Assembly: GCA_017499595.2 (NCBI GenBank)
Contig: CM039004.1
Coordinates: 2,108,001-2,172,000, forward strand
Reading direction: 5' to 3'
Length of the DNA: 64,000 bases
From: Psilocybe cubensis
Lineage: Eukaryota
Under the pieces are notes generated by a model, which was not told the DNA's origin, ran no database searches, and saw nothing but the letters and a program-made list of their open reading frames with translations. Positions within the stretch are counted from its first letter, which is position 1, and each line of letters starts with the position of its first letter. Of this stretch, positions 62,139 to 64,000 are shown one piece after another. Both the position numbers and the translations under genes were made by a program.

Positions 62139-64000
62139 GCGGTCTCGGTTCTCCATCTCCTCACTCTGTATCTGTTCTTCGTTCGGTCTCTGCTATCCTG
62201 TTTGTATGTACACGACCCCATCCATCCACCTAGATTTTTTTTTCTCGCTTTCTCTCTCGTCGTTTTTTTTTTCTATTCATTCTCCACCCATATATCACAC
62301 ATGATCTGGATATCCCTTTCTCGGACGGCATATCTTTACACTCTCCACACCACGTCCATCTTTTATTGAAAAAGAAACCCAAAAAGTCACAGTCCGTCCC
62401 TGGCCTTTTTGCCTGTCGCCCAACTATTCATTTCCACGGCCACAGTCCACTCTCAGCTACACCATTCGAAACCTCAACTCTATGTTCTGTTCTGTTCCAT
62501 TCTTGCATCAATATGCTCTCTCTGTCTCTCTCTCGCATCGCATATATCTTTTTCTTTATTCCCAGCACCGAATACCCCATCTCTCTCGTCTCCCATGGGC
62601 ATACCTACCTACCACCTACACCCCACGCCATGGCCATGCAAAAACCCACAAAAAACGCTCATCAATTTATTCTTTTCTTGCCTTCTCTCATCGCATCACT
62701 TAGACATATCCCATACAATTTTTTTTTCATCCATCCATCCATCCACGCACATACTCTGTACGAGCCTACATACATACATACATACAATTACATACATACA
62801 TTCCACGATACGATTTCGACGCATCTGTACTTGTATATTTTTCTTTTTTACCTCCGACGCAATTAGCACTTTTAGCCGCTATGGCTTTGGGTTCACCCCC
62901 TGGGTGGGGGTGCCCGCACTTTAATTTTGCTTGTGCCTGTGTGATTGGGAAAAACTTGAGTTTTGGAATATGGAAACTTGGAAGTTGAGAACTTGGAGTG
63001 AGATTTTTTAGTACACACGACACGCGAAGATTCGAGAAGCGGTGGAGAGAAAAATGGTGTTTGACACGCCGTTTGCCAACTCTGGAGATAGTTCTGGCGT
63101 GTCAGTGAGATGAGATGACGATGATGATGAGAGCCATTGCGCCCATATACAAATTGCATTCGGAGCCATCCCTCCCTCCCATGAGAGCCCTGTTCTGTCC
63201 ATCAGACAATCAGATCTTGGGTTATATGAATGAGAGAGGGTATATATAACTTGTAAGTCGAGTGCTATATAGAATATGAAATATGAATATGAACGACATG
63301 GAAGGAAAGGTGGAACAATCAAACGACAAGGATAGAGAGAACATGACAAGGACGATCGTAATTTAATTTCATCTCGCCACTGTGAGTCTGTGTTGTGTTC
63401 ACGTACGCCGATACTATAGTTTGATCAAGAGGAAACAAGGGCCAATGTATACCATTGCCAAACCCCCCTTACATGGGTAAGATAACGCGAACACAGTACG
63501 GCAGCGTAATTGAATTGGAGTTGAAATTTTTTTTTTGAGTTGAAGATGTATGTACTGTATGACTTCGCAGGGGGTGTGCGAATGGACTCATCCTAATCAA
63601 ACAACAGTGCGACCCACGGCGCATAAAAACGTACAACTGCAGATATTCAAGTTGACTGTTGGAGTGAACGGGAAACCGACAAATCGCACACACCGTTCCC
63701 CAACGAACGCAAAGTCCCGGGGTGAACCTCACAAGTCCACGAGACGGTCTCACTGACTGTCACTCGTTCAAATTCGTTCGTTCGTTTTCGTTCACTTGAT
63801 CAAGTTGGGCTATTTTTGGCGCGTATTGAATAGAAAAACGTAACGTAAACGGGGATTGCCGAGGATTGTCTATTTTTTTCGATCGAGGACAAGGACAGAC
63901 CAGTTTGGAATGTTCACCGCTCTCCCCCTTTGATTCATTCCAAGCCTGACTTTTATTCTATTGCTCAAGCTAAGCCTTGCCCCTGCCCTTGCCATTGCCA

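Noticed and set aside
63760-63800. (GTTC)n tract as heat-shock element or tRNA fragment
   Set aside because: Repeats are direct, not alternating nGAAn/nTTCn, and no cloverleaf is visible.

Overview
Eukaryotic DNA, very probably an agaricomycete basidiomycete (short GT-AG introns, typical gene set), with two sharply different halves. Bases 1 to ~32,770 are an AT-rich, CpG-depleted nest of decayed transposons whose insertion order can be read from target-site duplications (TSDs). It holds Copia and Ty3/Gypsy LTR elements, a PIF/Harbinger relic, a long-TIR Tc1 (DD34E) plus an inverted half copy, a ~3.95-kb foldback element with a 7-bp TSD, a 5'-truncated RNase H-encoding LINE and a pogo/CENP-B relic. 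Also present are a MITE-like element carrying a 35-bp-period palindrome array and a telomere-like tract, an ORF1-only poly(A) retroelement sharing its 3' tail with the LINE, and a decayed bHLH gene copy. From ~33 kb onward is ordinary gene-dense sequence: FMP32/CCDC90-like, MAK16, SUR2, RCD1/CAF40, an ADF-H+PH protein, a DUF1295 protein, a ~23-exon Fe-S L-serine dehydratase, a BEM3-like RhoGAP, SHR3 and an Ecl1-family gene. All calls come from reading the sequence by eye; no database searches were run.
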